Shown here: positions 27,719 through 37,206 of the stretch, in pieces
Position numbering within the stretch: position 1 is the stretch's first letter
Layout of the letters: the number at the start of each line of letters is the position of its first letter
Source of the DNA: Candidatus Latescibacterota bacterium
Lineage (GTDB): Bacteria > Latescibacterota > UBA2968 > UBA8231
Assembly: GCA_965242865.1 (NCBI GenBank)
Contig: CBDETK010000013.1
Location: forward strand, 5,280,001 to 5,344,000
Reading direction: 5' to 3'
Length of the DNA: 64,000 nucleotides
Notes under the pieces: generated by a model
What the model saw: the letters and a program-made list of their open reading frames with translations, nothing else
Databases searched by the model: none
Told to the model about the DNA's origin: nothing
Made by a program: the position numbers and the translations under genes

Positions 27719-29806
27719 TCATATCCCCAACGTCTTGAAGTTATGCTTGATGGTTGCCGCCAGCGTCGCCGCCTCTGCGTCAAGCCCGTCCAGTTCCTCG
27801 TGAATTTCGCGCAGAGCCTCCCTAAAGTCGAAGTCCTCGTCCTCCTCTTCGGGCGCGATCCCCACGTAGCGACCCGGAGTCAAGCTCCAATCGTTGGCCT
27901 CAATCTCGGCGCGATCCACCAGCTTAACCAGCCCTTCCACATCGCGCAGTTCAGCGTCTGGAAAACGCTCGGTGAGCCAGTGGGCCTCCTGATAGAAGTA
28001 GCGCACCTGCTTGAGTTGCTCAACGGCGCACTGGCGGGCCTCGTCGGCGGCCCTACAGGCGCGAGTGACGCCGCGGGCGTCATAGACGGCACTGGACTTG
28101 GCGTCGCATTCCTCCGCGCAAATCTCGATGAGGTGGGTAGCCAGCTTGTACAGGTGCTCGGTCTGTCTGGCAAGATCGCGGCTACGCTCGGCCAGCGAGG
28201 CGAGGCCATCAACCCTCGGCTTCATCGTGCCGCTGTTAATTTTCTGCCCGGCCCAAGCCTCCCGCTGCGCGGAGATTGCCTTTTGGAAAGCGTCCCCATC
28301 CGCCTCAAACTCGCGCAGGGCGTTCGCCAACTTCTCGGACGCCTCGGCATGGGCGTCTTCTGCATCCAGCGTATTGAGAAAGGGAACCAGCACATCCCGT
28401 AGGCTGTTGAGCGAGATTAGAAAATTCGGCAGGCCAATGCTAAAACATCCCTTCCCCTCGTCGAGAGCACGGTCGCAATAGCGCGACACCAACTCGACAA
28501 AACGCTCCCTCTCGCCCCGGTAGAGCCAGACGATAGCCAGCAAGTTCTGCTGCTGTTCGGGGCTGAAGTCGCAGATTTTGCGCGTCACTTGGCGGTACAC
28601 AGTGCGGGCGTCGATCATCAGCACCTTGTCGCGGTGCGCCTCGGGCTTGCTGCGGTTGAAAAACCACAGCTCGCACGGCACGGTGCGGGTGTAGAAGAAA
28701 TTGTTGCGAATGGCGATCATCGCGTCCACATCGCCGCTCTCCACCAGTTTCCGCCGCACCTGCGCCTCGCTACCACCAGCACTAGACGCCTGCGACGACA
28801 TCACAAAGCCGGCCCGGCCCCGCTCGTTCAGATAGCTGTAGAAGTAGCTAATCCAGACGTAGTTGCCGTTGCTGACTTTGCCCTGCTTGTTGACGCCAGG
28901 CAGGCCAAACGGCAAGCGCGGATCAACCTTCACCTTGTCGGCGTCAATCTCATCCACATTAAAGGGCGGATTGGCCATGAGGTAGTCGGCCCGCCCCACC
29001 AGTTCGTGCGGATCCTCATAGTACGTAATGGCCTGCTGGATGTCGCCTTCGAGTCCGTGGACAGCGAGATTCATCTTGGCGAGGTGGATGGTGGTGGCGT
29101 TTTTCTCCAAGCCGCGAAACGTGAGCCGCTCGGTGGGACTTTGGCCGTGCTCCTCTACGGTGCGGGCACTCTGTACGAACATGCCACCGGAACCACACGC
29201 CGGGTCCAGCACCGTGCCGCGCTGCGGGTCGAGCACATGGGCGATTAGCGACACCAGCGACACGGGCGTGAAAAACTCCCCGCCGTCGTGGGCCTTCTGA
29301 TCGGCGAACTGCGTCAGGAAGTACTCGTAGATGCGGCCGAAGACATCGCCGGAGACCTGCTTCAACTCGTCCGGGTTGAGCGTCCGCAGGAGTTGGCCGA
29401 GGACGGCACTGTCCAATTCCCGGTATTCGCTCTTGGGCAGAACGCCGCGCAGGTTATCGTAGTCATCTTCAATGGACTCCATGGCCGCGATGATAGCCCC
29501 GGCCCGATCCGCTCCATCGGGCAAGGCGACGAGGTAGTCAAACTGCGCTTCGGGCCGGAGAAAAATAGCACTCTTTTGCGAGAAATCTCCTTTGGTAAGT
29601 CCCCGCCTTATGCCGTCGCGAATGGGCAGATTATCCTCGATGCCGGGCTTGACGGCCAGATAGCGGCTGTAGGCGTGACGTAGAAAGACCAGTCCCATCA
29701 CCGGCAAAAAGTACTCGTTGCTGGCGTGACTGGTATTGGCGCGGAGCGTATCTGCCGCGCTCCAGAGGCGTCTTTCAATAGCTTCAATATGTTCGAGTTG
29801 CGACAT
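27719..29806 (-). CDS. hsdM: Type I R-M methyltransferase subunit
   Basis: LWSAADTLR, GRIYEYFL, GEFFTP, DPACGSGGMF, ANPPFN, WSLTPGRYVG. Confidence 0.95.
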   Translation of the reverse strand: MSQLEHIEAIERRLWSAADTLRANTSHASNEYFLPVMGLVFLRHAYSRYLAVKPGIEDNLPIRDGIRRGLTKGDFSQKSAIFLRPEAQFDYLVALPDGADRAGAIIAAMESIEDDYDNLRGVLPKSEYRELDSAVLGQLLRTLNPDELKQVSGDVFGRIYEYFLTQFADQKAHDGGEFFTPVSLVSLIAHVLDPQRGTVLDPACGSGGMFVQSARTVEEHGQSPTERLTFRGLEKNATTIHLAKMNLAVHGLEGDIQQAITYYEDPHELVGRADYLMANPPFNVDEIDADKVKVDPRLPFGLPGVNKQGKVSNGNYVWISYFYSYLNERGRAGFVMSSQASSAGGSEAQVRRKLVESGDVDAMIAIRNNFFYTRTVPCELWFFNRSKPEAHRDKVLMIDARTVYRQVTRKICDFSPEQQQNLLAIVWLYRGERERFVELVSRYCDRALDEGKGCFSIGLPNFLISLNSLRDVLVPFLNTLDAEDAHAEASEKLANALREFEADGDAFQKAISAQREAWAGQKINSGTMKPRVDGLASLAERSRDLARQTEHLYKLATHLIEICAEECDAKSSAVYDARGVTRACRAADEARQCAVEQLKQVRYFYQEAHWLTERFPDAELRDVEGLVKLVDRAEIEANDWSLTPGRYVGIAPEEEDEDFDFREALREIHEELDGLDAEAATLAATIKHNFKTLGI

Positions 29807-29829
29807 ACCCATCCCGCAGTAAAAGGGGC

Positions 29830-29862
29830 TTACATGCTCCCCGCAATCAGATACCTGATCAT
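29830..29862 (-). pseudogene. Probable vapC remnant (MIRYLIAGSM*)
   Basis: The ATG overlaps the vapB stop (TGATG). MIRYL resembles the VapC start M.RY.LDTN, but the ORF stops after 10 codons. Confidence 0.45.
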
Positions 29863-30098
29863 CACAGTTTTTCCCGCTGTCCATCGGCTGGCTGACCCCG
29901 TGCAGACATAAAATCATCTGAAACACCGGGGCCGTTGAACCACTCAGCCCAACTCTCGCCAGCAGGCGTGATAACGCGCTTTGACCCTATCGCGACGATA
30001 TCGACCTCTCGCACCGATTCCGGCAGCTCGACGGCTTTGGGCAGCCGCACCGCTTGGCTCTTGTTGCTCATAAAAACTTTCGTGTGTGCTGTTGCCAT
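29862..30098 (-). CDS. vapB: VapB/AbrB-MazE family antitoxin
   Basis: TKVFMSNKSQAVRLPK...W.EWF.G.GVSDDFM..R.QP; GAGG RBS. Confidence 0.88.
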   Translation of the reverse strand: MATAHTKVFMSNKSQAVRLPKAVELPESVREVDIVAIGSKRVITPAGESWAEWFNGPGVSDDFMSARGQPADGQREKL

Positions 30099-30131
30099 GC
30101 TATAACCTCGCTTCGGTATGGTATGCTAGTC

Positions 30132-30206
30132 CCTACCCGCATACATCTTGGGATAATGAATGACATCCGGTGAACGTGGTGGCCGCCTTGCCTCACGCGC
30201 AATTCA
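30132..30206 (-). repeat. Relic copy of the zeta-like module
   Basis: 30158-30206 nearly matches 27315-27364 (inside the zeta-like gene); 30132-30154 resembles 27001-27024 (3' end of the partner gene). Confidence 0.8.
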
Positions 30207-30213
30207 GCTACCC

Positions 30214-31680
30214 CTACAGCCCCACCGCAAACACCTTCGCCCGCGCCAGATGCAGGCGAACGGCTACCTGCTTACCGCGCAGGGCCGACAAATCGCTGCG
30301 GCCCCGCCACGTCGCCACCCCAGCCAACTCGTCGCCGGCCAGCGCGTCCGCCTCGGCGAGCCCGAAGCCCGCGATGGCCTGCACCGGCGCAGCCGGCGAA
30401 GCGGGCGGCTCAACCAGCTCGGCCTTGATCCAACCGCCTTCCTTTTGCGTCTGGAAGTTGAGCGTCAGCGTGCGGCCCTCGCACGCGCGCTCGACCAGCG
30501 TTACGCGGCCCTCCACCGGCGCTTCGAGCGCGACCAGCCGATCTCGCTGCCAAGTGGCCCAACGCCATTCGGCCGGCCGGCCCGGGTCGTGCCGCTCGCC
30601 CCAGTCGTGCAAGTCGTACTGCCCCACGAACATCACGCCCCACGTATCCGAGTCGAGCGCGACCAGTTCCGGGAAGGCAAACATCATGCCGTACCCTTCG
30701 GGATCCGAGGAGATGATGGGCTTGCGCTCGGGCCGGCTCCACAGCAAGCCGTCGCGGCTCGTCGCCAACTGCACATCGACCGTGGCTGTCCAGCGATGGT
30801 ACATAGCGGGGAACATCAGGTGGAAGCCGCCGTGGGGATAGCGGCAATAGCCGGCCGCGTACACGTCGTCGTCAATGGGGTCTTGCGGGTCCGCGCCGAA
30901 TACCGGGCGCGGCTGCGACCACTGGCCAAACTCCGCGCCCTCGGTGCGGCGCACGATGCGGCGGCGCTGCTGCTGGCCGCGCAAATAGGCTACATACCGC
31001 CCGGCTGCCGCGTCGTACGCGGCGATGTTGTGGCTGTCGAGTCCGGTGCGGCCCACGTTCAAAAGCGGCTCCTCCAAGAAGGTCCACCGCTTGCCGTCGG
31101 GCGACACCGCGCCTTTGAGCAAGCCGACGAAATATAGCGCGGCCGCCCGCTGCTCGGGCGTGTAACCGGCCTCCTGCATGGCGCGGCGAATGGCCCACTT
31201 GCGCTCCCGCGTCATCCCGGGCACCGCCACGCCCTCGTGATAGGCAATCGCATCGCGGGCCATGGCCTTGTACCGAGCCTCCGGCGGAGCCACCGGATCG
31301 ACAAACACAGATTGCAGCCCAAAGTCGCCAAAGGGAAAGAGCAAGTTGTTGGCCGTGCGGCCGCCGTACGCTTGCAAATGCAAGGCCGGGCGTTGCCAAC
31401 AAAAGCCATCGGCACTCTCGGCGTACGCAATGAAGGGGGCCTCGCTAGCGCCGCGGGCGATGTACCACATCTTCAGCACCCCGCCATCGCTGAGGACGAC
31501 TTGGGGCGTCAAGCCGCCGGCTTCCCAAGGGTGCGCCGGCTCGATAAAGACCGGCGATTTACGCGCCTCCTGGACGGCCAAGCACACGCCGACCGGCGGG
31601 TCTTGCACCCAGGCTTGGCCACCTTGGATGCCGGCTTGACCGGCCCACACGCCGTACCAGTCGAGAAAGGGCTGGAGCAT
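30214..31680 (-). CDS. Hypothetical protein, glycosidase-like beta-propeller
   Basis: Repeated Asp-box-like motifs AESADG..W, VSPDG..W, TSRDG..W; LKMWY. Confidence 0.6.
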   Translation of the reverse strand: MLQPFLDWYGVWAGQAGIQGGQAWVQDPPVGVCLAVQEARKSPVFIEPAHPWEAGGLTPQVVLSDGGVLKMWYIARGASEAPFIAYAESADGFCWQRPALHLQAYGGRTANNLLFPFGDFGLQSVFVDPVAPPEARYKAMARDAIAYHEGVAVPGMTRERKWAIRRAMQEAGYTPEQRAAALYFVGLLKGAVSPDGKRWTFLEEPLLNVGRTGLDSHNIAAYDAAAGRYVAYLRGQQQRRRIVRRTEGAEFGQWSQPRPVFGADPQDPIDDDVYAAGYCRYPHGGFHLMFPAMYHRWTATVDVQLATSRDGLLWSRPERKPIISSDPEGYGMMFAFPELVALDSDTWGVMFVGQYDLHDWGERHDPGRPAEWRWATWQRDRLVALEAPVEGRVTLVERACEGRTLTLNFQTQKEGGWIKAELVEPPASPAAPVQAIAGFGLAEADALAGDELAGVATWRGRSDLSALRGKQVAVRLHLARAKVFAVGL

Positions 31681-31683
31681 GGC

Positions 31684-32346
31684 CTAGGTCGGCCAGTTCT
31701 GATGGGCCAACAGGCGCAAGCGGTCGGCTTCGCTGAGGTGCTTTTTGATTGCGCCGGCGAACTCTTCCAACGTCTGCTCCACCGTGGCGTCGGACGTGTC
31801 GAGGGCGAATTTCTTGCGGATGAGCGAGTCGCGGTATTCCTCCTCAAAGCGCTGCAACACGAGTTCGATGTCCTTTTCCTGCACTACTGGCCGCTCGTGC
31901 GGCTGGTCGCGCATGCGCTGGGCAATGACTTGGGGCCGCGCCCGCAACAGCACGAGCACTGTGTCGGGCGCGTGCTGCATGATCTCCTCGTCGAGGGCGC
32001 GAGCCAGCGCGGCGCGATCGGCGTACTCGCCGCGACCGCCGTAGCCGTAGTACAGAGGCGCGTACACGGCCTCTTCAATGTGAAAACCCACCAAGTTGTG
32101 GTCTGGGTCGCTGTAGAAGGCGGGGTGGAAGTGATAGTGCATCATGTAGCGCTGGAACATCTCCTTCAGCCGCGGGCTGAGAGCCAGCAACTGCTCCTGC
32201 TCCTCTACGGGAAACTCGTTGCACGGCAGGCTGAAGTGGTCGTGGAAGGTGCGCGACGAGCCCAAGGTGCGCTCGATCCAACCGACGATGGCGTGGGCCA
32301 AGGTCGTCTTACCGGCGTATTCGCAACCTACGAGAATCAATCTCAT
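31684..32346 (-). CDS. Nucleoside-monophosphate-kinase-like P-loop protein
   Basis: LILVGCEYAGKTT; LVLLRARP..I..R; GGAG RBS. Confidence 0.6.
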   Translation of the reverse strand: MRLILVGCEYAGKTTLAHAIVGWIERTLGSSRTFHDHFSLPCNEFPVEEQEQLLALSPRLKEMFQRYMMHYHFHPAFYSDPDHNLVGFHIEEAVYAPLYYGYGGRGEYADRAALARALDEEIMQHAPDTVLVLLRARPQVIAQRMRDQPHERPVVQEKDIELVLQRFEEEYRDSLIRKKFALDTSDATVEQTLEEFAGAIKKHLSEADRLRLLAHQNWPT

Positions 32347-32429
32347 GGTCCGTTCTCCTGCGCGGGGGGATGGTTTCGGGTGATGATTCTATCAATATAG
32401 GGTCAAGGGCGATCCGGTCCTAAGACATC

Positions 32430-32458
32430 GAGGACAGGCACGGGGGCCTGTCCTCTAC
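32430..32458 (-). repeat. GTAG-family REP-like palindrome
   Basis: Minus strand reads GTAGaggacaggcccccgtgcctgtcctc (10-bp stem); a related copy lies at 54108. Confidence 0.7.
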
Positions 32459-32464
32459 GGTTGC

Positions 32465-32604
32465 GACGCTTGCCCCACGTAAATGGGGGGGACGTTCCGC
32501 ATGGTTCGATTATGACGCTTGCCCCACGTAAACGGGGGGGACGTTCCGCATGGTTCGATTATGACGCTTGCCCCACGTAAACGGGGGGGACGTTTCGCAT
32601 GGTT
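32465..32604. repeat. Tandem repeat, 49-bp unit x ~2.9
   Basis: Units start at 32465, 32514 and 32563 (gacgcttgccccacgtaaa[c/t]gggggggacgttccgcatggtt...), each with a C-run/G-run hairpin. Confidence 0.92.
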
Positions 32605-32635
32605 ATATCGCACGGAATGGCCAGCGGCTGCAAGG

Positions 32636-33862
32636 TTATCGCCTCTGCATCACGACGATGCGATTGGAATTGGTGCCGCGCTCGTTGTTGTCAACGCCCC
32701 AGATATTCGCAGTCTTGGTAAAGGTCTGTTGGTTGATTACCACGCAGACCGGCTCCCACGCCGTCTCTTGCGCCACTTCCGCGACCACGCGATCGAGCAA
32801 CAGCGACCCCCGGCGGATTTCGCCTACCTCAAAGGCAAACACCCCGCCGGGGCGCGTAATCGACGCCACGCTTTGCAACGCGCCGCGCACCAGCGCCTTC
32901 CACTCGGCGAGCTTGCGCGTTTGCGTAATGCGAATGGCAGCGGGATCGACGCCCGCGAACCAGCAGCGCATCCAGTTGTCCTCTTTGTAGTTGACGATGT
33001 CCATAAAGGGCGGCGAGGTCACCGCGAGCACCACCGGCGGGCCGCTGTACTCAAAGGGCGCGTCAACCGCTTGTTGAAAAAATCCCCGGCTGCGTCCTTG
33101 GGGAGCGCATGCCTGAGCATCCCGCAACAGCACCCGCGTCTTGCGGAGAATCAACTGCGCCACATCGCGGTATTCGGGCCGCTGACCGCGCCGTGCGTTG
33201 ATCTTGCGCTGGCTCGCAATGGACGCGGCTTGATTGGGCGGCAGCGTATAGACCGAGAAAAACCCCTTGGAATGCCCGGTCAGGCGATTGATGGCCACCA
33301 TCTGAATCCAGCAATCGACCGCGTCGGCCCGCCCGCTGGCGCGACGCTCGGCCAGATAGGCGCGCAGCCGACAGAGCTGATTGAGCGTGCGCTCGTCAAA
33401 AAACACCTCAAAGTCGGCGGGATGCTCGGTTGGTTCGTCCAAAGCCAAGCATTCGAGCCGTGCGGCAACCTCGGGCAGCGCTGGCGGCGTCAACCGCGCT
33501 TCCACCAGAACGCGAGACAGGGGATTGACGTCGTTGCCCAGCGCGTCCCGGCCGAGCAAGGCCGCTTCGAGCAGGGTCGTCCCGCGCCCCATAAACGGAT
33601 CGAACACCACGTCGCCCGGGTCCGTCAGCCGCTCGATGAAAAAGCGCGGCAACTGAGGCTTAAAACACGCCCGATAGGAAATCTCGTGCAGGGAGTGTGC
33701 GGCGCGCTGCTTGGACGTCCAGAACTCATTGACGAATACCGGGATGCCGTCGCGTTCTTCGACGACCGTCTCTTTGCCGAATGCCCGCCATTCCGCCAGT
33801 TCGCATTTGAACTCGTCGAGCGTCAGCCGATCCCTGCTGCCGAAAGGAAGCTGGTCCTGCAT
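32636..33862 (-). CDS. DNA amino-methyltransferase
   Basis: SYRACFKP, DPFMGRGTT, GNDVNP, VTSPPF. Confidence 0.88.
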   Translation of the reverse strand: MQDQLPFGSRDRLTLDEFKCELAEWRAFGKETVVEERDGIPVFVNEFWTSKQRAAHSLHEISYRACFKPQLPRFFIERLTDPGDVVFDPFMGRGTTLLEAALLGRDALGNDVNPLSRVLVEARLTPPALPEVAARLECLALDEPTEHPADFEVFFDERTLNQLCRLRAYLAERRASGRADAVDCWIQMVAINRLTGHSKGFFSVYTLPPNQAASIASQRKINARRGQRPEYRDVAQLILRKTRVLLRDAQACAPQGRSRGFFQQAVDAPFEYSGPPVVLAVTSPPFMDIVNYKEDNWMRCWFAGVDPAAIRITQTRKLAEWKALVRGALQSVASITRPGGVFAFEVGEIRRGSLLLDRVVAEVAQETAWEPVCVVINQQTFTKTANIWGVDNNERGTNSNRIVVMQRR

Positions 33863-33863
33863 T

Positions 33864-34343
33864 TCACGTTCTCAGCAATCTAAGCGCATTAGATCGAGAT
33901 ATTTTCGTTCCAGCACCGAGCATTCCTCGCTCATACCAAGAGCGAACGGTCGCCTCGGGTATCTTCCATACAGGTATCTTGGGAAATTCCGCGACATCGC
34001 CAACGAAGTACCCCTCGATTTCGGACAACTTGGCCATGAAACCATCTTCGTCGAATTTGCGACCCGAACCGACCATGTAGCTGGGACAGAAATATATCCC
34101 GCTGCTCGTTATGGACCGCACTTCCCATTTTTGGCCGTTTTCGTCGATTAAATCAAAGCCCGCCCCTTCACTCGGTGAGAGGGTTCCTTTCACAATCTCG
34201 CGACAGATACGTCGTTCAAGGATGAATGAAACGCGACGTCCGTCGGTGAAGTATTGCTGTACTTCGCTACGAGTAAGGTGTAAGGATTGGGCGGCACTCT
34301 CCAAGTCCCACTCCAAGACACCTACTCGCTCAACCGCAGCCAT
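33864..34343 (-). CDS. Small candidate restriction endonuclease (PD-(D/E)xK-like)
   Basis: Directly upstream of the MTase, lower GC; E...GFDL...WEVRS pattern; ATG 34343 with GGAG RBS. Confidence 0.5.
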   Translation of the reverse strand: MAAVERVGVLEWDLESAAQSLHLTRSEVQQYFTDGRRVSFILERRICREIVKGTLSPSEGAGFDLIDENGQKWEVRSITSSGIYFCPSYMVGSGRKFDEDGFMAKLSEIEGYFVGDVAEFPKIPVWKIPEATVRSWYERGMLGAGTKISRSNALRLLRT

Positions 34344-34435
34344 GTGAATTTCTCCGCTCATATAGCAATCTACATCACTCAATACATTCAAAGGGGGGAT
34401 GGAATACATACGTTTGTCTAAACATGCAATAAAAT

Positions 34436-34842
34436 ATAACGAATGATCGGATCGGAGTACACTTTCACCTGAACTCAGTGGTCCCCTTCATCGGTCTCGA
34501 TCTAGACGGGACAACCGCTCCCAATCCTCCGGGCGAAACCCCTCCTTAGGCGGTTGTATCCCATACTTGCGCATCCGATACCGCAGCTCTGTACTCAGCG
34601 ACGCTGGCGACGGGCATATCCTGCCAGTCCTCTGAATCCGGTCGATATTGCCAAGCGTCGAGGGTGGGATTGTGCGGATGGTCCCAGCGCAACGTGGCCG
34701 CGCCATCGCCGGCTTCCGCGACCCAGTTCGTCGGGGCCAAGGGGCGAAAAACTAGCGGCTGGTTGTTGGCGGGCTCGTAGTCCGTGGCGGCGGATGGCAA
34801 TGTCCCGCTCAAGCCGAGCAGAACCGTCAGGGTCACCATCAC
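34436..34842 (-). pseudogene. Mosaic of gene fragments (signal peptide, FN3-like piece, Fis-HTH-like piece, paralog of 36080..36790)
   Basis: LLGLSGTLPSAATD resembles LLGLSWALPATATD; APTNWVAEAGDGAATLRWD; LRYRMRKYGI; IETDEGDH*VQVKVYSDP resembles VETTEGDTLVRVKVYSDP. Confidence 0.6.
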
Positions 34843-34852
34843 CGGCCAGCCG

Positions 34853-36080
34853 CTAGTACGACGGATGAGTGAAACTGAAAGACTGACCTGCGATCACGTC
34901 CTCCGAGCCGCTGGCCGACGGACGGGGAAAACTAAAATACTGGCCTATGACCGCGGATCGGGAAGTGCTCAACGCGGCAAACGCAGGCATGAGGTCCGCA
35001 TCGTTGTCGAGCAGCGTCACCGTCGCCTGTCGCGTCGTACCGGCGGCCACTCCCGAAAGCAGACGCCCAAACGACAGCGTCACCGTCTCGTCGGCAATAT
35101 CGGTGTCCTCGTTGGCCGTCAGCGTAAACGACTGCGACGACGTGCCAGCGGCAAACGACACCCACACCGTGCCATCCGTCAGCCCCGCCACCGCCGACAC
35201 CACCACCGGAATGTGCAGCGTCTGCGCTGGTGCTGGCGACAGCGACACCGTGATGGACGCGCCAGTGCCCCCTTCCGTCGCTTGGTAGGACACGGCCCCA
35301 AACGACGCGGTCCCCGACCAAGCCTGCGGCATCGTCGAGTGCGAGGCCGACGCCCCCGCGCCAGTGCTATTGACCGCCTGTACCGCAAACTCGTAGAGCA
35401 CCCCATTGGTCAGTCCTGTAACCGTACTATCGCGGGCCGTGCTGCCGCCCAACACAGGGGACCAACCCGGCCAGCCATGCCCCGAATTAGCTACCCGCCA
35501 TTGAACTTCATAGCGGGTCACTGGCGAGCCATTGGCCGAAGCCGCATCCCATCCCAAGACCACCCGACCATCCCCCGGCGAGGGCACAAAATTCGGGGGC
35601 GCACCCGGCACCCCGGCGCGCACCGGCGCGGTCTCCATGCTCGTCGCGGTATTGCCCCCGCCGAGGGCGTCGCGATAGGATTTGAGCAGTGCTCGCAACG
35701 CCCAGCCCACCTGAGCAACCGGCGGCGTGTAGCTCGCAGACGCCTCGTCCGACGCCGCTGAATAGCCGCTCGAAATCGCGCAATGTGTAACTGGTATCGG
35801 GATCAGGATACGTCCCGTTGTCGTTGGAGCCGTGGGGCCGGTCGTGCTCGTGATAGTCACATACTTCAGGACTTGTGGGACTACCACAGTCCATGCGACT
35901 CATAGGCCGTTCCGCCATCGCATTCTGAAAGGTGACCAGCACCACGTCTAGCGTGCAGGGAAATGTCGTGCCGGGCACAAGAGACGCCCGACCCGTAATC
36001 GCCGAACCGCGAGCCCCCACCACAGACGCACTGAGCGTCTGGATCAAGAGGATAGCCAGCAATGCGTATTGAGTGTACAT
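34853..36080 (-). pseudogene. Degraded secreted FN3/Calx-beta-like surface protein
   Basis: ATG 36080 overlaps the upstream stop; signal peptide, then a frame change into FN3 (PGAP..PGDGRVVLGW..NGSPVTRYEVQW..LTNGVLYEFAVQAVN) and Calx-beta-like (ATEGG..DETVTLSF..VTLLDND) segments. Confidence 0.65.
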
Positions 36081-36790
36081 CAGTGAACCTCCTTCTTGAC
36101 TTGACCCCAAGACGACGACGCGGTGCCCGTGGGCACCAACAGGTCTTCATACTTTACCTTGCGGCCCTCTAAGACCGCCCACAGGAGGCGTACGTCGTTA
36201 ATGAATACGGGGTAGATCCCCCAATTACAGCCATAGCAGCCGTAGTTCTCAAAAAACACACAATCCCGACTATTATCCCGCCTAAAGATGAACGAGTAAG
36301 TATTCGGATCGGAATACACTTTCACCCGAACCAAGGTGTCCCCTTCGGTGGTCTCGACAGGGTAGCCAGCGTCGTTGGCCCCATCAAAGCGAAACACAGA
36401 CCGCTCGCCCTCGGCGGTGCGCTCCATCAGGTGCGTACCCTTCCAGCGCAGCTTCTTGCCAGCGATGAAGTGCGGGGGAGCTGGCGGCCAGTTGTCGGGC
36501 ATATCGCTGAGCACGTAATACGTCTTGCCAGCGATGACCTCCGTGCCCCGCACCGTGATGGTGAACTTGGGGAGTTGGGTAGATTCATCGATATCTGACC
36601 ATTGAGAGTACGCGGGATACCGCTCAACAATATCTTGCTGATTGTCTAGATCATTGTACTCGTGGCCGTAGGTCCACGAATTGCCCACGGCCAGCGGCAG
36701 ATAGGCCGCCGCCGCGTCGTCCGTGGCGGTGGCTGGCAGTGCCCAACTCAGGCCGAGCAGCACTGCCAAAAGCAAGAGAATCTTCTTCAT
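36080..36790 (-). CDS. Secreted protein with C-terminal SWGQVK tail
   Basis: MKKILLLL signal peptide, YLPLAVGNSWTY motif, AAGGAG RBS. Confidence 0.75.
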   Translation of the reverse strand: MKKILLLLAVLLGLSWALPATATDDAAAAYLPLAVGNSWTYGHEYNDLDNQQDIVERYPAYSQWSDIDESTQLPKFTITVRGTEVIAGKTYYVLSDMPDNWPPAPPHFIAGKKLRWKGTHLMERTAEGERSVFRFDGANDAGYPVETTEGDTLVRVKVYSDPNTYSFIFRRDNSRDCVFFENYGCYGCNWGIYPVFINDVRLLWAVLEGRKVKYEDLLVPTGTASSSWGQVKKEVH

Positions 36791-36923
36791 TGCCATGATG
36801 CGTCTCCTTCGTGAGAGATGAGAAATCCGTTCCATCGGCGAGCGACCAGACAGAGACGGGAAGGGAATGGTGATTACCAATATACCTAGTGCGGCCTCCT
36901 TTTCCGCACCGGCTCCGACTATA

Positions 36924-36941
36924 ATGCACATTTCGTGCCAA
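36924..36941 (-). promoter_or_regulatory. Sigma-54 (-24/-12) promoter
   Basis: Minus strand TTGGCACGAAATGTGCAT gives GG-N10-GC with TGGCACG, about 130 bp upstream of the 36790 start. Confidence 0.75.
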
Positions 36942-37012
36942 CGAGCCGACCACGCACAAAAAAAATCCTTCAGGATTACCCTAAAGGATTGAAAAAACAG
37001 GAGCTTAAAAAA

Positions 37013-37030
37013 TGTAGAAGTTTTTCTACA
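37013..37030. promoter_or_regulatory. Palindromic candidate enhancer (bEBP) site
   Basis: TGTAGAA-GTTT-TTCTACA, about 70-90 bp upstream of the -24 box in an AT-rich tract. Confidence 0.5.
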
Positions 37031-37206
37031 CTCCGTCGCTCAACCGTCGCTACTCGTCTTGTTAAATAATTTTTTGTTCCTATTGAACAACCTTCTATTC
37101 ACTTAAACAACGTTTTGTTTATCGGCATACACCCTTCCCAAGCCGCCGCCCCAAGCAGCTGTGGTCAACCCGGCCCGTGCCGCCAACCGCAGGATAGCAC
37201 CTCTCC

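Noticed and set aside
29807-29926. N-terminal extensions in the ORF track for hsdM (and similarly hsdS, hsdR, mcrC)
   Set aside because: They overlap neighbouring genes; family-typical starts lie at 29806, 26952, 21169 and 14426.
32465-32604. Possible CRISPR array
   Set aside because: The units are contiguous near-identical 49-mers with no unique spacers, and there are no cas genes in the window.
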